DNA of 59,786 bases, filler included, from 5 parts of 5 records of this genome joined end to end with filler, not necessarily neighbours in it, one strand, 5' to 3'. Counted from the first letter of the whole stretch, positions 39,761 to 49,058 are shown. Program-made: numbers and translations. The notes: generated by a model not told the origin, from the letters alone.

Positions 39761-41827
39761 TTACAGGTCAAGCTTGAAGCCGATCCTGAAGTTTCTTCCC
39801 TGGCCGGGGTAACCGACCTCCTGCTCATAGTCCTCGTCAAAGAGGTTGTCGAGCTCCGCGTAGATGCTCATCTTGTCCTTGAATTTCTTGGAAATCCGGG
39901 TGTTGAGGATGAAGTAATCATCGCTCTTGGTGACTTCGGTGTCCGTATCTTCCGGGGTGGGAAGGTCGTCGTAGATCTCATCCACATAGATGCCCTGGAG
40001 GTCCACCTTGACCAGTACCTTGGGGATGAGGGTGGTGCATCCGATGCCGATCTTGTGCTTGGGAACGCCCGCCACGTCATCGGTGGCCTTGTTGTGACTC
40101 TTGTTTTCCGCCTTATTGTAGGTGTAGTTGGCGTTCATGGAGAAGTACTCGCAGAAAACGACGTTGACGGAGGTTTCGAATCCCATCATGGTAACGTCTT
40201 CCACGTTGGTGAAAATGTCGTCTCCATCCTCGTTCTGGATATAGTCCCTGGAGATCCAGTCTGAGATGTCGTGGTAGAAGCCGGCAATGTCGGCGGTTAC
40301 CCGGCGGTTGAAGGTTTTGGTTACGCCCAGGGTGTAGTTGATGCTCTGTTCAGCGTCCAGGTCCGGGTTGCCGCTGGAGCCGGAGTAGAGCTGGTACAGG
40401 GTGGGGAACCGGGTTTTCTTGGCTATGGAGCCGTAGAGCTTCATCTGGTCGACCTCCCAGGTGAAGCCGGCCATGGGGTTGAACTCGGATTTGGTGCCCG
40501 GCACCTCTTTGTCTACCTGGCCTGTGTAGTCGTCGTTGTAATCCTCGGCATCTTTTACCTCGAACCAGTCATAGGCGGCACCGGCGTAGAGGGTGAGGCC
40601 GAAATCGGTGAAGAACTCGTGTTCAGTGCCGATGGAGCCGGTATCCCCTTCATATTTGTTGTAGGGAAGGTAGTCGTCTTCCCTTGCCTCGTGGGTGTCC
40701 CGCTTGTAGTGGAGGGAGATGTGGCCTTTGTGCATGTCCGCCAGCTGGAAATCGGCGAACAGGGAGCCGCCCACAAAGTCGTCCTTGTAAGAGCTTTTTG
40801 AGATCACATTCTCGTACTCGGGACCATCATAGGAGGCATAGGTGTCCTCGTGGTCGTGGTAGAAAAGCTTGCCCCTCAGGGTGAGGGCGCTTGAGATCGC
40901 CTGTCTGCCGCTGAGGTCTACGCCCCAGTCCCTGTACTTCTCGGACCTGGAAAAGGTGGAAAATGCGGGCTTGCCTCTTTTGGCCGGCCAGTATTTGTAT
41001 TCATTGGTGGCGGGCGGGTTGCCGAATTCGGAATCCATAATGTGGAAACTTGCATAGTATTCGGAATCGGCAGTGGGGGTGATGCCCACCCTTGCCCATA
41101 ACCGGTCCTTGTCATAGTCGGAGTTGGAACGGAAGCCACCGTTCTCGTGGATGCCGTCCAGGTCGGGCATCTTTCTCCGGGCCCGCTTTGCCTCCTGGGG
41201 ATCGAAATCGTCGGACATCCGCCATCCGTCGGACTCTTCATGGAGATAGGTCAGCCAGTAGTTGATCGCCCCGACCTGGTTGCCGTGGGAGATGGAGCCG
41301 GAGTAGGTGCCGTTCTCTCCCATCTCGCCCTTGAAGCTGAAGCTGGGTTTCTGGGTGCCTTTTTTGGTGATCACGTTGATGACGGCGACCTGTGCATTGG
41401 CGCCGTAAAGAACAGAGGGGGCGTTTTTGGTGATCTCGATCTTGCTGATGATACCGGCGGGAATCTGGTCCAGATTGAGTTTGCCGTAGTAGGTCTCGTA
41501 GTAGGGGATACCGTCGATTAAGAAGAGCGCTTTTTCCTGGCCAAAGCCGTGGATGGAAATCTCAGGCTCGTTTTTGCGTCCCCGGGTCATGGTGATGCCG
41601 GGTGCGAATTTAAGGGCGTCAGCAAGGGTGATGCTGTTGGTGGCCTCGATCTCGTCGTGGGTGATGACCTGGGAGATGCCGATGTCAGTTACGTCGGCTT
41701 TTTCACTTGTGACCACGATGTCGCCTAAGGTAAACGTGTCCTGGTCGTCCGGTGTGGCGGCGTACAGGTTTCCAACGGCCACTGTCATCAGAAACGCGGC
41801 TGTCAGAACGTACCGTTTGAACTTCAT
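39761..41827 (-). CDS. TonB-dependent receptor
   Basis: LGDIVVT TonB box, LIDGIP, IEITKNAPSVLYG, GNPDLDAE, NLFDEDY..GRNFRIG. Confidence 0.95.
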   Translation of the reverse strand: MKFKRYVLTAAFLMTVAVGNLYAATPDDQDTFTLGDIVVTSEKADVTDIGISQVITHDEIEATNSITLADALKFAPGITMTRGRKNEPEISIHGFGQEKALFLIDGIPYYETYYGKLNLDQIPAGIISKIEITKNAPSVLYGANAQVAVINVITKKGTQKPSFSFKGEMGENGTYSGSISHGNQVGAINYWLTYLHEESDGWRMSDDFDPQEAKRARRKMPDLDGIHENGGFRSNSDYDKDRLWARVGITPTADSEYYASFHIMDSEFGNPPATNEYKYWPAKRGKPAFSTFSRSEKYRDWGVDLSGRQAISSALTLRGKLFYHDHEDTYASYDGPEYENVISKSSYKDDFVGGSLFADFQLADMHKGHISLHYKRDTHEAREDDYLPYNKYEGDTGSIGTEHEFFTDFGLTLYAGAAYDWFEVKDAEDYNDDYTGQVDKEVPGTKSEFNPMAGFTWEVDQMKLYGSIAKKTRFPTLYQLYSGSSGNPDLDAEQSINYTLGVTKTFNRRVTADIAGFYHDISDWISRDYIQNEDGDDIFTNVEDVTMMGFETSVNVVFCEYFSMNANYTYNKAENKSHNKATDDVAGVPKHKIGIGCTTLIPKVLVKVDLQGIYVDEIYDDLPTPEDTDTEVTKSDDYFILNTRISKKFKDKMSIYAELDNLFDEDYEQEVGYPGQGRNFRIGFKLDL

Positions 41828-41902
41828 TTTATTCCTCCTTTTAAAAAGAACATGTGTTGAACAGGTGTAAATTTCGTTTACAACCCTTCGGTTAAGCTTC
41901 GC

Positions 41903-41980
41903 ATTCTGTTGTTTGGGTAAGTTATTGTCAAGGAAATTTTGGGTTGAAGCTTATGGGGAATATTGATAACCAATAATAAC
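41903..41980 (-). promoter_or_regulatory. TBDR promoter with upstream direct-repeat site
   Basis: Minus-strand TTGACA-N17-CAGAAT; TGATAAC-CAA-TAATAAC about 31 bp upstream of the -35. Confidence 0.6.
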
Positions 41981-42129
41981 AATTGGCTGTGGCGGTCAGT
42001 TTATTTCCGGATGAACGGGACGGCACCTGGGGCTATGGTAAAAAGGTGCTGTTTTTAGTGTTATCTTTGGGTGTTTCTGGTTTGTATTTTCATGCGGTCG
42101 AAGGAAGTTTCCTGTTGCCCAGTAATTGA

Positions 42130-42158
42130 TTGACATTTGGGGTTCGCTTTTCTATAAG
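42130..42158 (+). promoter_or_regulatory. sigma70 promoter of ABC operon
   Basis: TTGACA-N17-TATAAG. Confidence 0.7.
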
Positions 42159-42193
42159 GCCCCTAGCCTTGGACCGGTTCCGGTCTGTTCAGG

Positions 42194-43273
42194 GTGGATG
42201 GAATAATGACGAACAGGAGTGAAAAGATGGGTATGACAGGGAGATCTTGGTTGCGATCGCTGATGGCGATCTCCGGACTGATTCTGATGGTGGTTCTTCT
42301 GCCGGGCCGGGGGTGGGGCGAGGTTCGCACCCTCGAGGACATGGCCGGGCGCACCGTGACCCTGACCCGGGAGGTGAACCGGATCGTCACCACCTTCAAG
42401 CCGTCCTCCCTTTGTCTGTTCTCCCTGGGGCTCCAGGAGAAGCTTGTGGGCATCGACACCAGTTCCAAGCGGGACCGGTTGCTCAAGGCGGTGATGCCCG
42501 GGCTGTCAAAGGTGGCAGGGGTGGGAAGCAAATCCACCGGCATCAATTTTGAAACCGTGGTGGCCCTGAAATCCGACCTTGTGATCCTCTATGCCCAGAA
42601 AAACGGCCTTGAGCTTGCCAACCGGCTGGAGGTGATGGGCATTCAAAGCATCATTATTTTGCCCGAAAGCTTTGACAGCGTGATTACCTCCCTTGAAATC
42701 ATTGCCGCGGCCGCAGGGGTGCCGGAGCAGGCCGGGAAGGTTGAGGCGGCCATGGCCCGCGTGCTCGACATGGTCGAGAAACGGGTGGCAACCCTTGCTG
42801 CCGACCGCCGGAAGACCGGCTACTTCGCTTCTCCCAGGGGTTTTTTCAGCACGGCCACCGGCAGCATGCTCCAGGACGAGATCTTCACACGGGCCGGGGT
42901 GATCAACGTGGGCCACGACCTTGACGGCTACTTCCAGGATATCTCGCCGGAGCAGTTCATGACCTGGAACCCGGACATGGTGATCCTGTCCCAGCACCTT
43001 CACCAGCGGGTGGACAAACAGCTCAACGATCCCGCCCTCAAGCGGGTGACCGCCATTGCCCAAAAAGCCGTGTACCGCTCTCCCAGTGACCTTGCCCCCT
43101 GGGATTTCCCCTCTCCCCTGGCCGTGCTTGGCACCCTGTGGCTTGCCAACAGGGCCTATCCCGGGCTCTTTGACGGGATTGACATGAATCGTGAGATCGA
43201 CCTTTTTCACATCCGTCTGTTCGGCAAATCCCTGGGCGACATGAACGGCAATATCAACGACCAGGTGTATTAA
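42194..43273 (+). CDS. ABC substrate-binding protein (Peripla_BP_2, iron-chelate/cobalamin type)
   Basis: DMAGRTVTL..RIV, INFETVVALKSDLVI, ISPEQFMTWNPDMVI, WDFPSP; exact start uncertain. Confidence 0.9.
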   Translation: MDGIMTNRSEKMGMTGRSWLRSLMAISGLILMVVLLPGRGWGEVRTLEDMAGRTVTLTREVNRIVTTFKPSSLCLFSLGLQEKLVGIDTSSKRDRLLKAVMPGLSKVAGVGSKSTGINFETVVALKSDLVILYAQKNGLELANRLEVMGIQSIIILPESFDSVITSLEIIAAAAGVPEQAGKVEAAMARVLDMVEKRVATLAADRRKTGYFASPRGFFSTATGSMLQDEIFTRAGVINVGHDLDGYFQDISPEQFMTWNPDMVILSQHLHQRVDKQLNDPALKRVTAIAQKAVYRSPSDLAPWDFPSPLAVLGTLWLANRAYPGLFDGIDMNREIDLFHIRLFGKSLGDMNGNINDQVY

Positions 43274-43288
43274 AAGAAACCATTAAAA

Positions 43289-44329
43289 GTGATCCCTATC
43301 CCAAATCATCGTTCAAGAACGACACGGCCCCTTGTTGTTTTTCTTTCCGTCGTGCTGGTGCTCTTGTTCCTGTCCTCCCTGGTGGTGGGCAGGTTTGAAA
43401 TCAAAGTGACCGACATCGGCGCCATGATTTCCGTATTTTTCTCCGGAAGCGCCGTCCCAGAGGACCTTGTGTCGAAACAGCTGGTGTTCTGGTGGATCCG
43501 GCTGCCCCGGTGCATCATGGCCGTGCTGGTGGGTATGGGGCTTTCCGTGTCCGGGGCCGTGTACCAGGCCTTGTTCCGAAATCCCCTTGTGTCCCCGGAT
43601 ATCCTGGGGGTGGCCGCGGGTTGCACTTTTGGCGCGGCCCTGGGGCTTGTGCTGCCGGGATACAATTTCTCACTTGTGCATATTCTTTCCTTCGGGTTCG
43701 GCCTGGTGGCCGTTGCCATGGCCGTGGGCATCGCCCGGCTCATCTCGGTGAAGCCCGTGATCGTGCTGGTGCTGGCCGGCATGGTGGTGATGTCCTTTTT
43801 CAATGCCCTCCTCATGGTGCTCAAATATTTTTCCGATCCCTATGATGAACTGCCGAGCATCGTGTTCTGGATCATGGGCAGCCTCACCCGGGTGACCTGG
43901 AACGACCTCATGGTCATCGCGCCGGTGACCGGGGCCGGGATTGCCTGTTTCATGCTCCTGCGGTTCCGGCTCAATATCCTCTCCTTGGGGGACATCCGGT
44001 CAAAATCCCTGGGCATGAACCCTGCCGTGTTCCGGTCGGTGTTCATTGTGGCAAGCTCCTTCCTGGTGGCCATGACCGTTGCCACCTGCGGCCAGATCTG
44101 CTGGATCGGCCTGATCATTCCCCACATGGCACGGACCCTGGTGGGGCCGGAGCATGAACGCATGCTGCCCGTGACGGCGCTGTTGGGGGCCATATTTTTG
44201 CTGGCCGCGGACGGGACTGCCCGGTCGGTCTCTTCGGCTGAGATCCCCGTGGGTATCATCACGGCGCTTACCGGCGCACCGATTTTCGGGTATCTGCTTT
44301 ACAAGAACAGGGGGAGCGGATGGCTGTGA
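43289..44329 (+). CDS. FecCD/BtuC family ABC permease
   Basis: IRLPR, QALFRNPLVSPDILGV, WIGLIIPHMAR, EIPVGIITALTGAP. Confidence 0.95.
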   Translation: MIPIPNHRSRTTRPLVVFLSVVLVLLFLSSLVVGRFEIKVTDIGAMISVFFSGSAVPEDLVSKQLVFWWIRLPRCIMAVLVGMGLSVSGAVYQALFRNPLVSPDILGVAAGCTFGAALGLVLPGYNFSLVHILSFGFGLVAVAMAVGIARLISVKPVIVLVLAGMVVMSFFNALLMVLKYFSDPYDELPSIVFWIMGSLTRVTWNDLMVIAPVTGAGIACFMLLRFRLNILSLGDIRSKSLGMNPAVFRSVFIVASSFLVAMTVATCGQICWIGLIIPHMARTLVGPEHERMLPVTALLGAIFLLAADGTARSVSSAEIPVGIITALTGAPIFGYLLYKNRGSGWL

Positions 44330-45129
44330 TTCTTGAGTGTAACGCCCTTGGGTTCAGGTACGGCAAGACACAGATCCTCCGGGATATCTCCTTTGATGTG
44401 GAACCCGGCCTCTTTTACGCCATCCTGGGAAAGAACGGCTCCGGCAAGACAACCCTGCTCCATTGCCTCAACGGCATCCACAAGCCCGGCGAGGGCAGTG
44501 TCGAGATCGAGGGCCGGAATATCGCCGATTTGTCCAGGAAGGAGATTGCGCGGCATATCAGCCTGGTGCCCCAGGAGCATATGGATGTCTTTCCCTTCAA
44601 GGTGCTGGACGTGGTGGTCATGGGCCGGGCGCCCTTTATTGGGATGACGGCGACACCGGGGGAGGCGGATTATGGCTTGGCCATGGACGCTTTGAAGATG
44701 TTGGGGTGCGAGAAACTTGCCGACTGCAATTTCAACCGGATCTCCGGGGGGGAGCGCCAGATGACACTCCTGGCCACGGCCCTGGTCCAGACAAGCAAGA
44801 TCATGCTCCTGGACGAACCCACCAACCACCTTGACTTCAATAACCAGTACCGGCTGCTCTCCCGGATCAAAGGGTTGTGCCGGTCCCGGAAAACAAGCGT
44901 GATCGCCACCATGCACGATCCCAATATGGCCATGCTGTTCGCCGACCGGGTGATCATGGTGAAAAACGGCGGGATCGTCGCCAAGGGCAGCGCCAAAGAG
45001 ACCATGACCAACGCCAACATCGACACCCTCTATGGCATCAAAACCGTGGAGATCGGCCAGGTGGACAACAAACATTTTTTTCTGCCGGAGTCGGCGTTTT
45101 TCGACCCGGAAACAAACGGCGGAGCATAA
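44320..45129 (+). CDS. ABC ATPase (FecE/BtuD-like)
   Basis: GKNGSGKTT, ISGGERQ, LLDEPTNHLD, MHDPN. Confidence 0.95.
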   Translation: MAVILECNALGFRYGKTQILRDISFDVEPGLFYAILGKNGSGKTTLLHCLNGIHKPGEGSVEIEGRNIADLSRKEIARHISLVPQEHMDVFPFKVLDVVVMGRAPFIGMTATPGEADYGLAMDALKMLGCEKLADCNFNRISGGERQMTLLATALVQTSKIMLLDEPTNHLDFNNQYRLLSRIKGLCRSRKTSVIATMHDPNMAMLFADRVIMVKNGGIVAKGSAKETMTNANIDTLYGIKTVEIGQVDNKHFFLPESAFFDPETNGGA

Positions 45130-45135
45130 GGAACC

Positions 45136-45672
45136 ATGCAGATTATCATCACAGGGGATGTGCAGTCGGGAAAATCCACCCTGGCGGCAGGACTCGTAAC
45201 GTTCCTGGAAGAGAGGGGCGTGGCCATGGCCGGCATCCTTGCCATGGGGCTCTGGAAGGACGACCGGCGCCACGGGTTTGACCTGGTGGACCTGAAAACC
45301 GGGGAAAAGACTCCTCTTGCACGGCGCAGGACCGATCCCGCCGACGGCGCCATCACCCCGTTTCAATTTTTCGATGCGGGCATGGCTGCGGGGGGAAAGG
45401 CCCTTGATGCGGCCCGCTGCCGGGATGCCGCCATGATCATGGTGGACGAGGTGGGCAAGCTCGAACTCAAGGGCAGGGGCTGGGCGCCCTTTCTCGATGC
45501 CCTGCTTTCCATCGAACCGGCCGTTCATATCTGGATCGTCCGGGAAAGCCTGGTGGAGGAGGTGTGCCGACGCTGGCAATTTCAAACGCCTGTCATCGTC
45601 CGTGCGGATGATGGCGACAGCCTTGAAAGGCTTAAGGCATTATGCATAAAGGAACATTGCAATGACAACTGA
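45136..45672 (+). CDS. NTPase_1/THEP1 (DUF2478-like) P-loop NTPase
   Basis: IITGDVQSGKST, RHGFDLVDL, MVDEVGKLELKGRGW. Confidence 0.82.
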   Translation: MQIIITGDVQSGKSTLAAGLVTFLEERGVAMAGILAMGLWKDDRRHGFDLVDLKTGEKTPLARRRTDPADGAITPFQFFDAGMAAGGKALDAARCRDAAMIMVDEVGKLELKGRGWAPFLDALLSIEPAVHIWIVRESLVEEVCRRWQFQTPVIVRADDGDSLERLKALCIKEHCNDN

Positions 45673-46438
45673 TCTTCCCCTTTTTATTTACTGGGGCATG
45701 GCCGGGTGCTTTTTAACGGCCCTGGTTCTGGGCCTGCTTAAGCAAAGGGGCTTGAGCCGGGCGGCAGGCCTGTGCGGCACCCTTGTGAGCGGGGCCGGGG
45801 TGGCTTGCCTCATGGTTACGGAACACCGGTTTCCCCTGTACGGGTCCCTTGAGTCCATTATTTATGTCTCGTTTCTCCTGACCCTGCTGGAGCTGTTCAC
45901 CGCTCCCCGGACAAGGACCGGTACCGGTTCCAGGAATACCCTCCATCTCATGACCCTTGGGATCATCTGCATCCTGCTGGTTCTCCAGGTCCGGCGGACC
46001 ATGGCGTTCAACCCCGATTTCTTCATGTATGAAGATCTCTGGGTCAATCTCTTTTTTAACCTGCGCCTGGTGGCCGGGGCTATTTTTGCCTGGGCAGCCG
46101 TGCTTTTCATGGCCGGGGCCCGGACCCTTTCCAAATCAAAGACTCAGGACCGGGCGGACCGGGAAAAACGGGACAGGCTCATGGCCGGGGGGCGCAATTT
46201 CCTTTTGACCGGCGTTGCCGTCTATCTTGCCAGCGAATGGTCCGGTTCCCTCTGGTGCCTCAACTGGATGGGGGATTCCTGGCAATGGAGCAGGGGCTTT
46301 TTCAAGTCAGGCATCATCTTTCTGCTGGTCATGGCGGCAAGCCATCTGCCCCGGTCCCTGGCAGCTTCGGACAGGGCAAAGGCGCTCCTGGGCGCCTGTC
46401 CCGCCGTTTACATTCTTTGGATGCTGTTCCAGCATTGA
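45662..46438 (+). CDS. divergent CcsA/ResC-like (WWD superfamily) membrane protein
   Basis: HRFPLYGSLES resembles CcsA GHxPxxNxYES; GSLWCLNWMGDSWQWS resembles GxxWAxxxWGxxWxWD; AASHLP TM His. Confidence 0.7.
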   Translation: MTTDLPLFIYWGMAGCFLTALVLGLLKQRGLSRAAGLCGTLVSGAGVACLMVTEHRFPLYGSLESIIYVSFLLTLLELFTAPRTRTGTGSRNTLHLMTLGIICILLVLQVRRTMAFNPDFFMYEDLWVNLFFNLRLVAGAIFAWAAVLFMAGARTLSKSKTQDRADREKRDRLMAGGRNFLLTGVAVYLASEWSGSLWCLNWMGDSWQWSRGFFKSGIIFLLVMAASHLPRSLAASDRAKALLGACPAVYILWMLFQH

Positions 46439-46452
46439 TGACAGGAGGCGTT

Positions 46453-47280
46453 ATGATCCGGTTTTTTTCTTCCCTTAGACTTACCTTTGTATCGCTGGTG
46501 ATGCTGGTTTTATTGTTGTGGCTGGGCACGGTCTTTTCCCTGTTTCCCGATCTCAAGGACGGCATCGAGCTCATGAACCACGTCCTGATCTACCAATGGT
46601 TCTTTACGGCCTGGCAGGATGGCTGGATTCTGCCGGTCTGGTTTCTCGCTATTTGCATTACGGCAGGGCTTCTCTTTGCGAACACCCTGGTGTGCAGCGT
46701 TACCAAGCAGCTGGTGACGGCCCTGAAGGTGGCGACCCTTCGGCGCTGGTCCTTTTTCATGATCCATATTTTTTTCCTCGTGGTGCTCTTCTGCCACGGC
46801 ATATCCCTGGTGGCCGGGCACAAGGCGAGCAACATCCAGCTGTTCGAGGGGGATATCCATCAGATTGATACCCTCACCATTCGAGTGGAGGAGATCACAT
46901 TCAGTGACGATTCCGAATTCCTGAAGCTCGGGCCCCGGAAGAGCCGGGAGCTCATGACCCGGGATAAATTCCACAGAACAGCCAATTTTGCCGAGCTCCA
47001 TGTCACGGAAGGGGACAAACCCGTGGTTGACGGGCGGGTCATGATGCTTTCTCCCCTGAAACGGGGCATCACCCAGTTCACCCTGACAAAGTTCATCTAC
47101 GGCAGGGGCGATCACGAAGGGGAGATCGGCATCAATCTCAACGTGACCCGAAATGCGTTTACACAATTGTTCTTCATTATATATGCACTAATGATATTTT
47201 CCCTGGTGTGCTTCATTGTCATTACCTGGACACCCCAGGGACAAAAGGAGCGTTCCCATGAACCAGAAACAGTTGATTGA
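46453..47280 (+). CDS. short CcsB/ResB-like membrane protein
   Basis: AGGAGG RBS; FFSSLRLT, NTLVCS, FFMIHIFFL match ResB N-terminal pattern; periplasmic domain and final TM. Confidence 0.65.
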   Translation: MIRFFSSLRLTFVSLVMLVLLLWLGTVFSLFPDLKDGIELMNHVLIYQWFFTAWQDGWILPVWFLAICITAGLLFANTLVCSVTKQLVTALKVATLRRWSFFMIHIFFLVVLFCHGISLVAGHKASNIQLFEGDIHQIDTLTIRVEEITFSDDSEFLKLGPRKSRELMTRDKFHRTANFAELHVTEGDKPVVDGRVMMLSPLKRGITQFTLTKFIYGRGDHEGEIGINLNVTRNAFTQLFFIIYALMIFSLVCFIVITWTPQGQKERSHEPETVD

Positions 47281-48001
47281 TCTTGTCTTAAGCCAGTTGG
47301 ACTCCATCCCGGACCATGAGGTTACCCGCCATGCCTACGGCGCACACATCGTGGGAGTGGAAAGCCGTACCGTGGGCCTTGCCACCTGGGCTTGCGGAAA
47401 ACACCCCATCCCCGTTGACACGCTGCCGGATCTTGACCGGTCCTGCTCGGCAAAGGAGCTTGCCCAACTGCTCCATGAGGATGATCCCCTGAAGAGCTCC
47501 CTGGGCATGGCGGCCCTCAATTCCCTACTCCCCGATCCCGCTTCCGAAGATGTGATCGATGTCAATGCCGGAGATTTGATCCTGGACCTTGGCAAGGAAA
47601 AGCGGGTGGCCGTCATCGGCCATTTCCCCTTTGTAGAGCGCATGAAGGGGAAGTTCAAGGAGCTCATCGTGTTTGAGAAAAAGCCCCAGTCCGGTGACCT
47701 TGACGCCGATCTCATCCCGGAGCGCCTGCCGTCGGCGGATATCGTCGCCGTCACGGCCACCACCTTTTCCAACGGCTCCCTGGCAGGTATCCTCTCAAAT
47801 TGCTCGGAATCGGCCGTAAAGCTCATCATCGGTCCCAGCACCCCCGTCTCCCCCGTCCTGTTCAAGCTCGGGTTCGACTATGTGGCCGGCATCGTGGTCA
47901 AAGACAAGGAAACCGTGTGGCAGGGAATCGCGGACGGCCGCTCCTTCAAGCAGATCAAGGGCGTCCGCCATGTCATATTGGGGTCAGGCCTAGCTTATTA
48001 G
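47258..48001 (+). CDS. DUF364 (Rossmann-like) / DUF4213 protein
   Basis: LGMAALNSL, VAVIGHFP, VTATTFSNGSL, IIGPSTP; AAGGAG RBS before ATG 47258. Confidence 0.85.
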   Translation: MNQKQLIDLVLSQLDSIPDHEVTRHAYGAHIVGVESRTVGLATWACGKHPIPVDTLPDLDRSCSAKELAQLLHEDDPLKSSLGMAALNSLLPDPASEDVIDVNAGDLILDLGKEKRVAVIGHFPFVERMKGKFKELIVFEKKPQSGDLDADLIPERLPSADIVAVTATTFSNGSLAGILSNCSESAVKLIIGPSTPVSPVLFKLGFDYVAGIVVKDKETVWQGIADGRSFKQIKGVRHVILGSGLAY

Positions 48002-48005
48002 CTTA

Positions 48006-48105
48006 NNNNNNNNNNNNNNNNNNNNNNNNNNNNNNNNNNNNNNNNNNNNTTAATTAATTAANNNNNNNNNNNNNNNNNNNNNNNNNNNNNNNNNNNNNNN
48101 NNNNN
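48006..48105. other. artificial contig linker
   Basis: N-run with TTAATTAATTAA. Confidence 0.98.
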
Positions 48106-48679
48106 TCACAGGCTGTGTATTTGCGACGAACTCTTCATAATTTGTAAGCCCGTCATCGTCTGCATCTTCATCGGCGTCGTATTCAAATGGGTTCAGTCCG
48201 TATTGGATTTCCCAGTCGTCGTCCATACCATCGTTGTCATCATCGGTATCCCCATTGTTTCCGATTCCGTCGCCGTCGGCATCCGCCCATTCATTGGAAT
48301 CATTGGGGAACTGATCCAGGCTGTCGGGAACCCCATCCTGATCACTGTCTGTATTCGTGCTTTTTGGCGTATAAGAGACTTCTACGGAGTCAGCGCTCTC
48401 CAAATCGCCTTCAAAGGCGCGGACAACAAAATAGTATGTGACGCCTTCAACAAGACCGGTCAGCGTACAGATAGCCCCATGGTGTTCCCAAGTGGGATTC
48501 TTGTAGTCATAGTTGTGACCTTCCTGCCTAAGGAAAACACGATATCCGTCAGGCGCAGGCTCGTTTGGATACCATGCCAATGAGACGTTTGCACTGTAGG
48601 CAATCGCGGTGTTGAGGAAAAGAATTGTGATAAAAGCAAATATACTTTTTACAGCGGAAAAAGTGAAACGAGACATCAT
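48106..48679 (-). CDS. secreted FN3 plus Asp-rich TSP3-like repeat protein (truncated)
   Basis: Signal peptide, VSLAW..GYRV..LTGL..TYYFVVRA..ES, DSDQDGVPD, DDDNDGMDDDWE. Confidence 0.85.
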
Positions 48680-48734
48680 ACATCTCCCAATTTGTTTACC
48701 GTGCGATCAGCAACAAATTTGAGAGATGCTGAAT

Positions 48735-48826
48735 TCGCTCGGCAGCCCTGCCGCCATGACCGTGTTCGGTTTTAGGCCGTTTGCTTTGCGTCACACCCTT
48801 TCGGGTGTTTTGCCTTTTTCAAGCGA
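48735..48826 (-). ncRNA. cyclic di-GMP-I (GEMM-I) riboswitch
   Basis: Reverse complement TCGCT..AAGGCAAA-ACACCCGAAAGGGTGT-GACGCAAAGC..GGCCTAA..ATGGCGGCAGGGCTGCCGAGCGA. Confidence 0.92.
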
Positions 48827-49058
48827 GTTACTTCTTATAATCGAATTCTACTACCACGCAGGGACCTGCGTTATTGAGTTCCCATTGTTAACGCCTCCAT
48901 ATTCATCAAAAGGATGATTGTCATAATGTGCTTCCTTAAATGTTGTTTCGCCGTTTTAAAAAAAAACTTTAAAAATCGTGTTGGAAAAAATTAAAGCAAC
49001 CGCGTATTTTGTATGAATATCCCATGAATAAGGATTGTTATCTGGAGTTGCTCGATCG

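Noticed and set aside
41830-42190. Cobalamin or Moco riboswitch ahead of TBDR/ABC genes
   Set aside because: No B12-box or other conserved core recognised by eye; an Infernal scan would be needed to exclude it fully
44299-45585. Long antisense ORFs in GC-rich contigs (also 42506-43210, 57130-58323)
   Set aside because: Shadow frames opposite well-supported genes, expected at high GC3
46237-46452. N-terminal extension of the CcsB-like ORF
   Set aside because: Overlaps the CcsA-like gene; strong AGGAGG supports ATG 46453
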